DNA of 63,123 bases, the filler included. It is 4 parts of 4 records of this genome, joined end to end, with 100 filler letters (N's around TTAATTAATTAA, not from the genome) between each part and the next. Parts side by side here need not be neighbours in the genome. Positions count along the whole stretch, not along the records: positions 1 to 17,259 come from SRR20825006_1286; 3 more parts are not named here. One strand, 5' to 3'. Each line of letters begins with the position of its first letter. Position 1 is the first letter of the stretch. Position numbers and translations under genes: made by a program. The notes under the pieces are model-generated. The model worked only from the letters and a program-made list of their open reading frames with translations, had not been told where the DNA came from and searched no databases. Below are positions 1-11,505 of the stretch, one piece after another.

Positions 1-110
1 GCTGCCGTGATACCTTTTCACCATACCCGCGCGCCGTGTGGGCCTAGGTAGTCAAACCGCGCGCGGCGGTCAAGTGGATTTGCACCAAACCGCGCGCAAG
101 TTTTATCCTT

Positions 111-2153
111 TTACCGCCGCCGGCGTCGTCCTGTGCCGCCGCTTGAGCCGCTGTTAAACGACGGCTCGGGCAGGGACACCACGGCGCGCAGCCCGGTGAA
201 CGGATCGGTGGCGTGGGGGATGGCATTGGCGGCGACGAAATGTTCCTGAAACCGTGGTTCAATCGCGGTTTCGATCTTGGTGATCTCATGCACCAAGGCC
301 TCCACCTCGCGGCGTGAGGCCACGTTCAAAAGCGCGATCTGTGCGCCCGTGCCCGCCGCATTGCCCGCACTTGTGACATGCTCCAACGGGCAATCCGGGA
401 TCATGCCCAAAACCATCGCGTGTTTTGGCGAAATATGTGCGCCAAAGGCCCCGGCCAAAACCACACGCTCCACTTTGTCCGAGCCAAATTCATCCATCAA
501 CAGCCGCGCCCCGGCGTAAAGCGCGGATTTGGCCAATTGGATGGCGCGAATGTCACCTTGAGTGACCGAAATCACCGGGCCGCCGTCTTCTGATCCGTCA
601 TGGATCAAATAGCTGTGGGTGCGGCCTTCGGGGCGCGCGCGCGCGGTGCCCGTGGCCTCGGCCGATCCGATCAAACCATTGGCATCGACGATCCCGGTCA
701 TGCGCATTTCCGCCACCGCCTCGATGATCCCCGATCCGCAAATGCCAGACACGCCAGTGACCGCCGTTTGTGTGGTAAACTCGGGATCATCGGACCACAG
801 GTCACAGCCAATCACCTTAAAGCGCGGTTCTTTTGTGGTGGGGTCAATCTCCAACCGCTCAATGGCGCCGGGCGCGGCGCGTTGGCCGGATGAAATCTGT
901 GCCCCTTCAAAGGCCGGTCCCGTCGGAGAAGAGCAAGCTAAGACACGGGTTTTATTTCCTAAAATGATCTCAGCATTGGTGCCCACGTCGACAATCAACG
1001 TCAGCGGATCACGTTTTTGCGGCGCTTCCGAGAGCGCCACGGCTGCGGCATCCGCGCCGACATGGCCCGCGATCAAGGGCAGGATATAGACTTGGGCTGC
1101 GGGGGCGAAGCTCAATCCCAACTCAGCGGCAGACAGGTCCATCGCGGAATTTGTCGCCAGCGCAAAGGGCGATTGCCCCAAAGGAGTCGGGTCCAACCCC
1201 AAAAGCAGGTGGTGCATCACCGGGTTCATCACGAACACCGCTTCAAAAATATCCGTGACCTCAATCCCGGCCTCACGCGCCAACTCCTGCGCCAGCGTGT
1301 TCATCGCTTCGCGCACCGCGGCCGTCATGTCGGCCGCCCCCGTGTCATTCATCATCGCATAGGAAACCCGCGACATCAGGTCTTCGCCAAAGCGGATTTG
1401 CGGGTTCATCACCCCGCCCGAGGCCTTGACCTCACCGGTGGTCAGATCGGTCAAATGCGCGGCGATGGTGGTGGACCCGAGATCGACCGCCAGACCGTAC
1501 AGCGATGGCTCCGTAAAGCCCGGCCAGACGCCGACCAGTTTGATCACACCCGTGCGCGCCGTGTTGAGCGCCACGGTGATCTTGTAACCCCCTTTGATCA
1601 GAGCGGCTTGCATCGCGATCAGCATCGGGATCGGCAAGGTCTGGGGCAGGGTGACGGGATCAACCTGCCATTGCTCAAACAGTGCCGTTTTCAACCGTTC
1701 CCAATCGCCCGTGGGCGCGTGCATATCGGCCTCTTCGACCTCGACATAGACGGCGCGGGTGGCCGGGTCCATTTCGATCACGCGTGTGGTTGCGGCCTTG
1801 CGCACCACCTGTTTGTGGACCTGACTTTCCGGCGGCACATCCAACACCACATCGCCTTGGATACAGGCCTGACAGCCCAAACGCCGCCCGGGTTTCAGCC
1901 CGCGCACCCGGTCATAGCGCTCTTCGACGGTGTTGACATCACTCAGCGCGCCCGGGTCGGCATGGATGCCATGTTTCGCGTGTTCGCCAAAGGACGGCTG
2001 TACCTGACATTTCGAACAAATCCCGCGCCCGCCACAGACCGAATCCAGATCGACACCCAATTGCCGCGCGGCTTGCAACACCGTGGTGCCCGGCGCCACA
2101 TGGCCGCGTTTGCCCGAGGGGGTGAAAATCACCAGAGGATCTGAGTTGCTCAT
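111..2153 (-). CDS. ASKHA-domain corrinoid reactivation protein (RamA/RACo-like, DUF4445) with N-terminal 2Fe-2S ferredoxin
   Basis: N-terminal [10 protein letters not shown]...RLGCQA ferredoxin motif; ASKHA motifs DLGSTT, DVGTNAE, GPAFEG, GICGSG; next to a pterin-binding methyltransferase. Confidence 0.9.
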   Translation of the reverse strand: MSNSDPLVIFTPSGKRGHVAPGTTVLQAARQLGVDLDSVCGGRGICSKCQVQPSFGEHAKHGIHADPGALSDVNTVEERYDRVRGLKPGRRLGCQACIQGDVVLDVPPESQVHKQVVRKAATTRVIEMDPATRAVYVEVEEADMHAPTGDWERLKTALFEQWQVDPVTLPQTLPIPMLIAMQAALIKGGYKITVALNTARTGVIKLVGVWPGFTEPSLYGLAVDLGSTTIAAHLTDLTTGEVKASGGVMNPQIRFGEDLMSRVSYAMMNDTGAADMTAAVREAMNTLAQELAREAGIEVTDIFEAVFVMNPVMHHLLLGLDPTPLGQSPFALATNSAMDLSAAELGLSFAPAAQVYILPLIAGHVGADAAAVALSEAPQKRDPLTLIVDVGTNAEIILGNKTRVLACSSPTGPAFEGAQISSGQRAAPGAIERLEIDPTTKEPRFKVIGCDLWSDDPEFTTQTAVTGVSGICGSGIIEAVAEMRMTGIVDANGLIGSAEATGTARARPEGRTHSYLIHDGSEDGGPVISVTQGDIRAIQLAKSALYAGARLLMDEFGSDKVERVVLAGAFGAHISPKHAMVLGMIPDCPLEHVTSAGNAAGTGAQIALLNVASRREVEALVHEITKIETAIEPRFQEHFVAANAIPHATDPFTGLRAVVSLPEPSFNSGSSGGTGRRRRR

Positions 2154-2719
2154 TTCGAACCTTTCAAAGGATCATCGTCACGCCAAGCGCCGCTTTCTAA
2201 ACCGTCCAAGGCCCAAGGTCCGATGGAAAGGCGGATGAGCCGCAGGGTCGGAAAGCCGACATGGGCCGTCATCCGCCGGACTTGGCGATTGCGGCCCTCG
2301 GATATGGTCAGTTCGAGCCAGGAGTCTGGCACGGATTTGCGGTAGCGCACCGGCGGGGTGCGCAGCCAAAGCCAATCGGGTGCATCGACGCGGCGGGCGC
2401 GGGCAGGGCGGGTCATGCCATCTTTGAGCATCACACCTTGGCGCAGCTCTTTCAAAGCGGCCTCGTCCAGATTGCCCTCAACCTGCGCCAGATAGGTCTT
2501 TTCCATCTTGTGACGCGGGTTGGAAATCCGCGCCTGTAGTGCTCCGTCATCGGTCAATAGCAAAAGCCCCTCACTGTCGCGATCAAGCCGCCCAGCGGGG
2601 TAGACTTTGGGCACAGGAACAAAGTCCGAGAGGGTGCGACGGGTTGTCCCTTCGGTGCCTTTGTCGGTGAACTGCGAGAGCACATCGAAGGGCTTGTTCA
2701 GGCAAATCAGCCGGGCCAT
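2150..2719 (-). CDS. rluE: 23S rRNA pseudouridine synthase (RsuA family, RluE-like)
   Basis: [10 protein letters not shown], catalytic [24 protein letters not shown]; start moved to the ATG at 2719 (MARLICL). Confidence 0.85.
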   Translation of the reverse strand: MARLICLNKPFDVLSQFTDKGTEGTTRRTLSDFVPVPKVYPAGRLDRDSEGLLLLTDDGALQARISNPRHKMEKTYLAQVEGNLDEAALKELRQGVMLKDGMTRPARARRVDAPDWLWLRTPPVRYRKSVPDSWLELTISEGRNRQVRRMTAHVGFPTLRLIRLSIGPWALDGLESGAWRDDDPLKGSK

Positions 2720-2771
2720 GCGCGTACTCCTGTCTTTACTGTGATCCAAATACTCGATGGTTGACAGCGAT

Positions 2772-3758
2772 TTACCGACGACGGCGCCCACCGCCGCGAC
2801 GCCCACCACCAGAGCCTGCCGAGGCAGAGGCGGTTGCCGCTTCGGCAAAGGTCGCGCCTTCGGCCACGGCATCCATAATCCGGGCAAAGCTGATCCATTT
2901 GGTGCCGTCGGGGTCGTGGTTCATCAACAGGTTGGCGGCGCGAATTGCCTCCATTTCCTGAATGCGGACCGGGTTCATGATCGCGGAGGTCATGCCCGCG
3001 CCAATCGCCATCGGCAAGAACGCCGCGTTGATGCCGTGACGATGTGGCAGACCAAAGGAGACGTTTGATGCGCCGCAGGTGGTGTTGACGCCCAGCTCAT
3101 CGCGCAGACGACGCACCAAGGTGAACACCTGCTGGCCCGCCGTGCGCATGGCACCGATGGGCATCACCAGCGGATCAACCACGATGTCATGGGCGGGAAT
3201 GCCATAGTCGGCGGCGCGTTGGACGATGCGTTTGGCAACCTCAAAACGCACATCCGGGTCCTCGGAAATCCCGGTGTCATCATTGGCAATCGCCACGACC
3301 GGCACGTTGTATTTTTTCACCAGCGGTAGCACGCGCTCCATCCGTTCTTCTTCGCCGGTCACCGAGTTCAACAGCGGACGGCCCTCAGCGGCTTCAAGCC
3401 CCGCTTCCAAGGCATCCGGCACCGAGCTGTCAATGCACAAAGGCACATCGACGATGGCCTGAATGCGCGCAACGAGTTCGCGCATCAGCGGCGGCTCAAC
3501 GAAATTATTGTCAGCATAGCGCGGGTCTTCGGCCATTTTGTTGGAAAACACCGCACCCGAATTGATGTCCAAAATGCTGGCACCACAGGCGACCTGTTCC
3601 AAAGCATCGCGTTCGACGGTGGAAAAATCGCCCAGCTCCAATTCCGCCGCAAGTTTTTTGCGGCCCGTCGGGTTGATGCGTTCGCCGATCACGCAAAACG
3701 GTTCGTCAAAGCCGATCACAACGGTTTTGGTTTTGCTCTCAATCACGGTGCGGGTCAT
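2772..3758 (-). CDS. Methyltetrahydrofolate:cobalamin methyltransferase (stand-alone pterin-binding module of split methionine synthase)
   Basis: [37 protein letters not shown] motifs of the pterin-binding domain. Confidence 0.9.
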   Translation of the reverse strand: MTRTVIESKTKTVVIGFDEPFCVIGERINPTGRKKLAAELELGDFSTVERDALEQVACGASILDINSGAVFSNKMAEDPRYADNNFVEPPLMRELVARIQAIVDVPLCIDSSVPDALEAGLEAAEGRPLLNSVTGEEERMERVLPLVKKYNVPVVAIANDDTGISEDPDVRFEVAKRIVQRAADYGIPAHDIVVDPLVMPIGAMRTAGQQVFTLVRRLRDELGVNTTCGASNVSFGLPHRHGINAAFLPMAIGAGMTSAIMNPVRIQEMEAIRAANLLMNHDPDGTKWISFARIMDAVAEGATFAEAATASASAGSGGGRRGGGRRRR

Positions 3759-3761
3759 GGT

Positions 3762-4070
3762 CTATCCTTTAGCGGCAGGCTCGCGCCCGTCATTGTCAAT
3801 GAGGGCTTTGAGCCGCTCTTTATCATAGGCCGCATCCAATGCGGCGGCTTTTTCATCGGCGGCCTGTTGTGGCGCGCCCTCGCAACTCACGGTCTCGTCA
3901 CGCCATTCGGCCATGTACGCATCGCCATCGGTCGCACCGATGCGCATCGCCACCCGGTCGATCGCCTGTTCGAACCGCTCGGGCAACACCGCGCGTGCCG
4001 CACGACGCCCGCGCCCAACACGGACCTGTGCGGGGATGTCGCGCCAATAGATGATGGTCATATCCGACAT
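3762..4070 (-). CDS. Small 'virulence factor'-family protein associated with split MetH clusters
   Basis: YWRDIPAQV...LPERFEQAIDR signature; 3 nt upstream of the methyltransferase gene. Confidence 0.75.
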   Translation of the reverse strand: MSDMTIIYWRDIPAQVRVGRGRRAARAVLPERFEQAIDRVAMRIGATDGDAYMAEWRDETVSCEGAPQQAADEKAAALDAAYDKERLKALIDNDGREPAAKG

Positions 4071-4344
4071 GAGAGACCCTTTGCGCCTTATAAACTCAGC
4101 ATAAACTCTGCCAAACGCATAAAAGAAAGGACCGGGACACGAAAGGGTTGGTTGGCGCAGGGGGGCTGAAAAATTCTCATCAAGATCATGAGCCGCGCGC
4201 GGGCTGCGGCTTGGCGATCACGATTTTCACAGGGGCCGGACGCGCGGGCACCGAAATCGTGAAGGCTTAGGGCCAGAAGGTGTCTTGCCGGATGTGCAGA
4301 AATCCGCTTATGGTAGGGGTAACTTGATATGGAGGGCGTGTGAT

Positions 4345-5457
4345 ATGACGCCCAAGCGTCCCACTGGTGCGGGCGCGTTCCCGAAAGCGGTCGAGACCCC
4401 CGCGCCTCTACTTGCCGACCCGGCGGAGCTTTATGCTGCGTTAGACCTCGGTACAAATTCGTGTCGCATGTTGATTGCCCAACCCAAGGGCAGTCAGTTT
4501 CATGTGGTCGACAGTTTCTCGAAATCGGTTCAACTCGGCTCCGGGTTGGAATCGTCTGGAGCTCTGTGTCGATCGTCGATTTCGCGCACGATTCAGGCCC
4601 TGCGGGTCTGTCGCAAGAAACTTGAGAAACATGATGTCAAACGGATGCGATTGGTCGCAACCGAAGCCTGTCGGCGGGCGAAAAACTCGCGCGATTTTTT
4701 GCGCCGGGTACAGCGCGAAACCGGTTTGCGGCTTGAGATCATCAAACCCGAGGAAGAGGCACGGCTGGCGGTGATTTCCTGCGCACCTCTGGTGTCGACC
4801 AAGACCGAACAGCTTTTGGTGGTGGATATCGGCGGCGGCTCGACCGAATTGGTCTGGATTGACCTCTCGACCGTGCCCCGCGCCGAACGTCCGCGCGCGA
4901 TCATGCGGTTACACACCGGGTTTAAAAACGCCGACAGCCCCTTTCCCCATGCCAAAGTTGTGGATTGGATTTCGGTGCCCTTGGGGGTTGCGACGCTGAT
5001 GGAGCAATTCTCCGATGTCGAAGATGACGCGGCGCGGTTTGCCTTGATGTCGTGGTATTTCGAAGAGAAACTTGCGGATTTCACCCCCTATGCCAATGAT
5101 CCGGCCCGCGAAGGGTTTCAGATCATCGGCACGTCGGGAACGGTGACGACGGTTGCCGCCTCGCATCTGGGCCTCAAGCGCTATGACCGCAATAAGGTCG
5201 ATGGTTTGCGGATGACCTCGGAACAGATTGACCGGGTGATCCGGGACTACCTGTCCATGGGGCCCGCAGGTCGCAAACGTGATCCGCGCATTGGTCGGGA
5301 TCGACAGGAATTGATCATGTCGGGCGCGGCGATTTTGCAGGCGCTGTTGCGGATTTGGCCGACGGATCGGCTGTCTGTTGCGGATCGGGGCCTGCGCGAA
5401 GGGCTTCTGTACGCCCAAATGTCTGCCGATGGCGTGTTGGAAGAGGCGGTGCCGTAA
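4345..5457 (+). CDS. ppx: Ppx/GppA family exopolyphosphatase
   Basis: ALDLGTNSCR, VATEACR, DIGGGSTE, GLREG; GGAGG RBS upstream of ATG 4345. Confidence 0.88.
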   Translation: MTPKRPTGAGAFPKAVETPAPLLADPAELYAALDLGTNSCRMLIAQPKGSQFHVVDSFSKSVQLGSGLESSGALCRSSISRTIQALRVCRKKLEKHDVKRMRLVATEACRRAKNSRDFLRRVQRETGLRLEIIKPEEEARLAVISCAPLVSTKTEQLLVVDIGGGSTELVWIDLSTVPRAERPRAIMRLHTGFKNADSPFPHAKVVDWISVPLGVATLMEQFSDVEDDAARFALMSWYFEEKLADFTPYANDPAREGFQIIGTSGTVTTVAASHLGLKRYDRNKVDGLRMTSEQIDRVIRDYLSMGPAGRKRDPRIGRDRQELIMSGAAILQALLRIWPTDRLSVADRGLREGLLYAQMSADGVLEEAVP

Positions 5458-5502
5458 AGCGGCTGAGATCGGATTGTCTTTACCGTGATATAAATACTCA
5501 CA

Positions 5503-5534
5503 AAAAACGCGGGTCCAATCAGGCCCGCGTTTTG
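5503..5534. terminator. Bidirectional intrinsic terminator
   Basis: AAAACGCGGG...CCCGCGTTTT hairpin between convergent genes. Confidence 0.7.
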
Positions 5535-5557
5535 TATGTCTTCGATATTGAAAAGGC

Positions 5558-6115
5558 TTACGGGATGATCCGCGTGTATTTTGTGCCTTCAACAGTGGCG
5601 CCCGCGATCAAGCCCGCCTGACCAAAGACCACCGCGATCACCGGCGACAGCGAGGTCAGCGTTTCAGCGGTGATGTTTTCGCCGCGGTTGGAGATGGCGT
5701 ATTCCATATCCGCGCCCGCAGACCAGCCCGGAGAATTGCGGAAGGAACTGAGCGCCTCATTGGTCATGAAGAACAAGACATGGGCGTATTGCTGTGCGCC
5801 GATTTGCAGGCCAAAGGTCGCCTGCGTCGAGGAGTAGTAATCCACCGACACGCCGCCAACCCGCAACGCCCCACGGCCATAAGACCCGCCAACACCAAAG
5901 CCCGCCTTGGTGATCAAGGGCATGACCAACATGCCGACGGATTTGTCCCGCAGCGCCGTGGTGCCGGGGTAGTTGGAATACAGATGGCTCAGCGTGGCAT
6001 CGACCCGCGCGTCAATGGTGGCGGAGCCGTTGGAGCGCATCGAATTGTCACACGCGGCCAAAAGACCCGCGCTGCCCAATCCGATCATAAAGCTCCGGCG
6101 TTGAAGTCTGTTCAT
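5558..6115 (-). CDS. YSC84/SYLF-domain lipoprotein (Tat-like signal)
   Basis: QRRSF twin-arginine, LAAC lipobox, KAGFGVGGSYGRGAL, GLQIGAQ. Confidence 0.8.
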   Translation of the reverse strand: MNRLQRRSFMIGLGSAGLLAACDNSMRSNGSATIDARVDATLSHLYSNYPGTTALRDKSVGMLVMPLITKAGFGVGGSYGRGALRVGGVSVDYYSSTQATFGLQIGAQQYAHVLFFMTNEALSSFRNSPGWSAGADMEYAISNRGENITAETLTSLSPVIAVVFGQAGLIAGATVEGTKYTRIIP

Positions 6116-6272
6116 TGTGAATGCCCTTATACTGCTCTTTTCGGTGCTACAGGCCTTTGGCCCATTGATTTTGCCCGAGTATATGACGAAAAGCCGCGCC
6201 CTGTCATCCCGCGAAAGCCCAAAGGCCCGTGTTTTGGCGGGTTTCGCCCATGCTTTGCCTCTTGAACGCGCC

Positions 6273-7328
<1,056 letters not shown>

Positions 7329-7477
7329 TCAAGGGTAGGAATTGCCGCGTGGGGGCACTAATCTGTGCACAGCCTGACGTTGCATCCCGACACAGAGGCG
7401 TTAGAAGACGGATAGGTCGTCTCTTTTGGGGCGGCACCATGCCCCTAAAGACCAAACCATAAGAAAAGAGCAGAGCC

Positions 7478-8005
7478 TTGGATATTTACGCAACCCTTTT
7501 CGAAGTGCTCGACACGCGGTCCTTTTCGAACATGTGGTATTGGATCGGATTGGCGATCCTGTGGTCCACCGCCTCGCATTTTGTCTTGGGTGTGCCGTTT
7601 GATTTGGCGCTCAAGGCCAAGCGTCAGGGCGGCGAGCGGATGCAGGACCTTGAAGACATGGTGCGGATCAACACCGGGCGGCTTTTGAACATCGCTGAGG
7701 TCTCCGGTCTGATGCTCACGGCGCTGGCGGCCACTGTGATCACCCTTTTGGGCGTGACCGGGTTTTTCTACGGCGTTGAGTTTTCTCAGGCGGTGTTTCT
7801 GATGCTGTTTCCGATGAGTTTTGTCGGCGTGCTCAACATTCGCACCGCGCAAAACATCGCGAGCCATGCGCCGACAGGCGAGGCGCTGATCTCTGTGCTG
7901 CGCCGTCATCGGTTTTTCGTACAACTCATCGGCATGGTGTCGATCTTTGTCACGGCGATGTGGGGCATGTACCAAAACATCGTCACGGGTCCGCTGGGAG
8001 GCTGA
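7478..8005 (+). CDS. Conserved Rhodobacteraceae membrane protein upstream of mfd
   Basis: Several hydrophobic helices, RSFSNMWYW motif; ends 5 nt before mfd. Confidence 0.65.
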   Translation: MDIYATLFEVLDTRSFSNMWYWIGLAILWSTASHFVLGVPFDLALKAKRQGGERMQDLEDMVRINTGRLLNIAEVSGLMLTALAATVITLLGVTGFFYGVEFSQAVFLMLFPMSFVGVLNIRTAQNIASHAPTGEALISVLRRHRFFVQLIGMVSIFVTAMWGMYQNIVTGPLGG

Positions 8006-8010
8006 TTGGC

Positions 8011-11000
8011 ATGAAACCATCCACCCATCTCACCCTTGGGGGCGCACCTGAGGGGTTTGACGCCTTTCTCCTGGCCCGCGAGGTCAGCCGTTCAAACGGT
8101 CCGGTGATCCATGTCGCGCGCGATGACAAACGCCTTGCCGCCCTGCGTGCCGCTTTGCGATTTTTCGCACCCGATCTGCCGGTGATCGACTTTCCGGCCT
8201 GGGATTGTTTGCCCTATGACCGGATGTCGCCCAATTCCGATGTCGCCGCCGCGCGCATGGCAACGTTGGCCGCGCTGGCGCATGGGGCGATGCCGAAACG
8301 TTTCGTGTTGTTGACCACGCTCTCCGCCGCCACTCAGCGCGTGCCGACCCGTGACACACTCGCACAGGCGGCCTTTGTCATGCGCAAAGGCCAGCGCGTT
8401 AACGAGGCCGAACTGCGCAGTTTTTTCGTGCGCATGGGCTTTACCCAAGCGCCGACCGTGGTCGAACATGGCGATTACGCAATCCGTGGCGGCATCATTG
8501 ATGTGTTTCCTCCGGGGCAGGAATTGCCGGTGCGGCTTGATTTCTTTGGCGATGAATTAGACGGGCTGCGCCGTTTCGATCCGGCCAGCCAAAAGACCAT
8601 CGACAGCTTGGAAGAAATCACCTTTACCCCGGTGTCTGAAGTCATCTTGGACGAGGAATCCATCACCCGGTTTCGACAAAATTACCGCGTTGAATTTGGC
8701 GCGGCGGGCACCGATGATCCGCTCTACGAGGCGGTCTCTGCGGGCAAGAAACACGCGGGTCTTGAGCATTGGTTGCCGTATTTCCACGCCCGGCTCGACA
8801 CGCTGTTTGACTATATGCCAGATGCGTCTATTTCCCTTGATGATCAATCGACTGCGGCGCGTCTTTCACGTTGGGCCTCAATCGCCGATCAATATGATTC
8901 CCGGCGCGAGGCGCTCACGGCCAAGGGCCGGATGGACAGCGTCTATAAACCCTGTCCGCCAGAGCTTTTGTATCTGGATGATGCCGCGTGGGAAGCGGCG
9001 ATTGCGGGCCGTCGGGTGATCCATTTTCATCCGCTGCCACAGGCGTCGGGTCCCGGAGTTTTGGACGCAGGCGGGCGCGTGGGTCGCAATTTTTCGCCTG
9101 AACGGCAAATGGAAAACGTCAATCTTTTCGAAGAGTTGGCAGAGCATATTGAGAAACGCCGCAAACAGGGGGCGGTGGTGCTTGCCTCCTGGTCGGAGGG
9201 CGCGCGGGATCGGTTGAAAACCCTGCTTGAAGACCAGGACATGACCGGGCTCATCGAGATCGACGATTGGCGCGATGTGCCCGACGGTCAGGGCCAGAGT
9301 CTGGGTCGGGTGTTCCTGTCGGTCTGGGCGCTCGAAGAAGGGTTTGAGGCTCCGACTGGCGAGGGCCAATCGGTCACGGTGATCTCGGAACAAGACGTGT
9401 TGGGCGACCGTTTGGTGCGCCGTCCGGGCCGTAAAAAGCGCGCCGAGAATTTCCTCACCGAACATTCGTCGCTCAGTGCGGGCGATTTGATCGTTCATGT
9501 CGATCATGGCGTCGGGATTTTCCGTGGGCTTGAGGTGGTCACCGCTTTAGGGGCGGCGCATGAATGTCTTTTGCTCGAATATGCGGGCGGGGATCGACTT
9601 TACCTCCCTGTTGAAAACATTGAGCTTTTAAGTCGATATGGCCATGACGAGGGCTTGCTCGACAAGCTCGGCGGCGGCGCATGGCAGGCCAAAAAAGCCA
9701 AAATGAAAGACCGCATTCGCGAGATCGCCGAAAAGCTGATCCGCATTGCCGCCGAACGTCATATTCGCAAAGCCCCGATCATGATCCCACCACAAGATAT
9801 GTGGGAGGCATTTTGCGCGCGCTTTCCCTATTCTGAGACCGAGGATCAACTCAAAGCCATCGAAGATGTGTTGGAGGATTTCGAAGCCGGGCGGCCGATG
9901 GATCGTTTGGTCTGTGGCGATGTCGGATTTGGCAAAACCGAAGTGGCGATGCGCGCGGCCTTTATCGCGGCGCTGTCTGGCGCGCAGGTGGCGGTGATTG
10001 CACCGACCACGCTGTTGGCGCGGCAACATTTCCGCTCCTTCGCCGAACGGTTCCGGGGCTTGCCGGTCAATGTGCGTCCGATGTCGCGCTTTGTCAGTCA
10101 AAAAGACATGGCCGCGACCCGCGACGGGTTGGCCTCAGGCGAGATCGACATTGTTGTCGGCACCCATGCGCTTTTGGCGAAAAATGTGCGGTTTCAAAAC
10201 CTTGGCTTGCTGATCGTTGATGAAGAACAGCGCTTTGGCGTAACCCATAAAGAGCGGTTGAAATCGCTCAAATCCGACATTCACGTGCTGACACTTTCGG
10301 CCACGCCGATCCCGCGGACCTTGCAAATGTCGATGACCGGGGTGCGTGATTTGTCCATTATTGGCACGCCGCCGGTCGACCGCCTCTCGATCCGCACCTA
10401 TGTCTCGGAATTCGATACGGTGACCGTGCGCGAGGCCTTGCTGCGCGAACATTATCGCGGCGGACAGAGCTTTTTCGTCGTGCCGCGGGTCAAAGACATC
10501 CCGGAGATCGAGGCCTTCCTCAAGGACCAAGTGCCCGAGGTCACCCATGTTGTCGCCCATGGCCAGATGGCCGCAGGCGAGTTGGACGATCGGATGAACG
10601 CCTTTTATGACGGGAAATATGATGTGCTTTTGGCGACGACCATTGTCGAAAGTGGCATCGACATTCCGACCGCCAACACGATGATCATCCATCGCGCCGA
10701 TATGTTCGGTCTGGCGCAGCTTTACCAAATTCGGGGCCGGGTGGGCCGCGCCAAAACCCGCGCTTATGCCTATCTGACCACCAAACCACGCGCACCTTTG
10801 ACGCCTCAGGCGCAAAAGCGGCTGCGGGTGCTGGGGTCTCTCGATATGTTGGGCGCCGGATTTACCCTTGCATCTCAAGATCTTGACATTCGAGGTGCAG
10901 GTAATCTTGTGGGTGAGGAACAGTCCGGCCATGTCAAAGAGGTCGGGTTTGAGCTGTATCAAGCGATGTTGGAAGAGGCGATTGCCAAAATCAAATCCGG

Positions 11001-11502
11001 GCAAGAGGCGATCACTCTGGACGATGACGGGCAATGGGCGCCGCAGATCAATCTGGGCGTTCCTGTTTTGATTCCAGAGACTTATGTGCCCGATCTTGAT
11101 GTGCGCTTGGGGCTGTATCGCCGCCTGTCTGGCCTACACACCAAAGTGGAGCTTGAAGGTTTTGCCGCCGAACTGATCGACCGGTTTGGCAAATTGCCGA
11201 AAGAGGTCAATACCTTGTTGCTTGTTGTTCGGATCAAAGAGAAATGCCGCGCCGCAGGCATTGCGCGTCTGGACGGCGGGCCAAAAGGTGCGACGATCCA
11301 GTTCCACAATGACAAATTCGCCAATCCGGCCGGGCTTGTGGATTTCATTCAGGCGCAAAAGGGCCATGCCAAGGTCAAGGACAACAAGATCATCGTGCGC
11401 CGCGACTGGCCGCGGGAGTCAGACAAGATCAAGGGCGCGTTTTCCATCGCCCAAGACCTAGCCAATCACGCGAAGTCTGCCGCGCAAGCCCCTAAAAAAT
11501 AA
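8011..11502 (+). CDS. mfd: Transcription-repair coupling factor
   Basis: UvrB-homology N-terminus, RID (VHVDHGVG), GDVGFGKT, DEEQ, SATPIPRT, QIRGRVGR, TRCF C-terminus. Confidence 0.97.
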   Translation: MKPSTHLTLGGAPEGFDAFLLAREVSRSNGPVIHVARDDKRLAALRAALRFFAPDLPVIDFPAWDCLPYDRMSPNSDVAAARMATLAALAHGAMPKRFVLLTTLSAATQRVPTRDTLAQAAFVMRKGQRVNEAELRSFFVRMGFTQAPTVVEHGDYAIRGGIIDVFPPGQELPVRLDFFGDELDGLRRFDPASQKTIDSLEEITFTPVSEVILDEESITRFRQNYRVEFGAAGTDDPLYEAVSAGKKHAGLEHWLPYFHARLDTLFDYMPDASISLDDQSTAARLSRWASIADQYDSRREALTAKGRMDSVYKPCPPELLYLDDAAWEAAIAGRRVIHFHPLPQASGPGVLDAGGRVGRNFSPERQMENVNLFEELAEHIEKRRKQGAVVLASWSEGARDRLKTLLEDQDMTGLIEIDDWRDVPDGQGQSLGRVFLSVWALEEGFEAPTGEGQSVTVISEQDVLGDRLVRRPGRKKRAENFLTEHSSLSAGDLIVHVDHGVGIFRGLEVVTALGAAHECLLLEYAGGDRLYLPVENIELLSRYGHDEGLLDKLGGGAWQAKKAKMKDRIREIAEKLIRIAAERHIRKAPIMIPPQDMWEAFCARFPYSETEDQLKAIEDVLEDFEAGRPMDRLVCGDVGFGKTEVAMRAAFIAALSGAQVAVIAPTTLLARQHFRSFAERFRGLPVNVRPMSRFVSQKDMAATRDGLASGEIDIVVGTHALLAKNVRFQNLGLLIVDEEQRFGVTHKERLKSLKSDIHVLTLSATPIPRTLQMSMTGVRDLSIIGTPPVDRLSIRTYVSEFDTVTVREALLREHYRGGQSFFVVPRVKDIPEIEAFLKDQVPEVTHVVAHGQMAAGELDDRMNAFYDGKYDVLLATTIVESGIDIPTANTMIIHRADMFGLAQLYQIRGRVGRAKTRAYAYLTTKPRAPLTPQAQKRLRVLGSLDMLGAGFTLASQDLDIRGAGNLVGEEQSGHVKEVGFELYQAMLEEAIAKIKSGQEAITLDDDGQWAPQINLGVPVLIPETYVPDLDVRLGLYRRLSGLHTKVELEGFAAELIDRFGKLPKEVNTLLLVVRIKEKCRAAGIARLDGGPKGATIQFHNDKFANPAGLVDFIQAQKGHAKVKDNKIIVRRDWPRESDKIKGAFSIAQDLANHAKSAAQAPKK

Positions 11503-11505
11503 AGA

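Noticed and set aside
2150-2719. Functional link between the pseudouridine synthase and B12/methionine genes
   Set aside because: Adjacency only; no sequence evidence of a shared function
4071-4344. Cobalamin or SAM riboswitch upstream of the methionine-related genes
   Set aside because: I could not identify a B12-box or SAM-II/SAM-SAH consensus by eye; an Rfam scan would be needed
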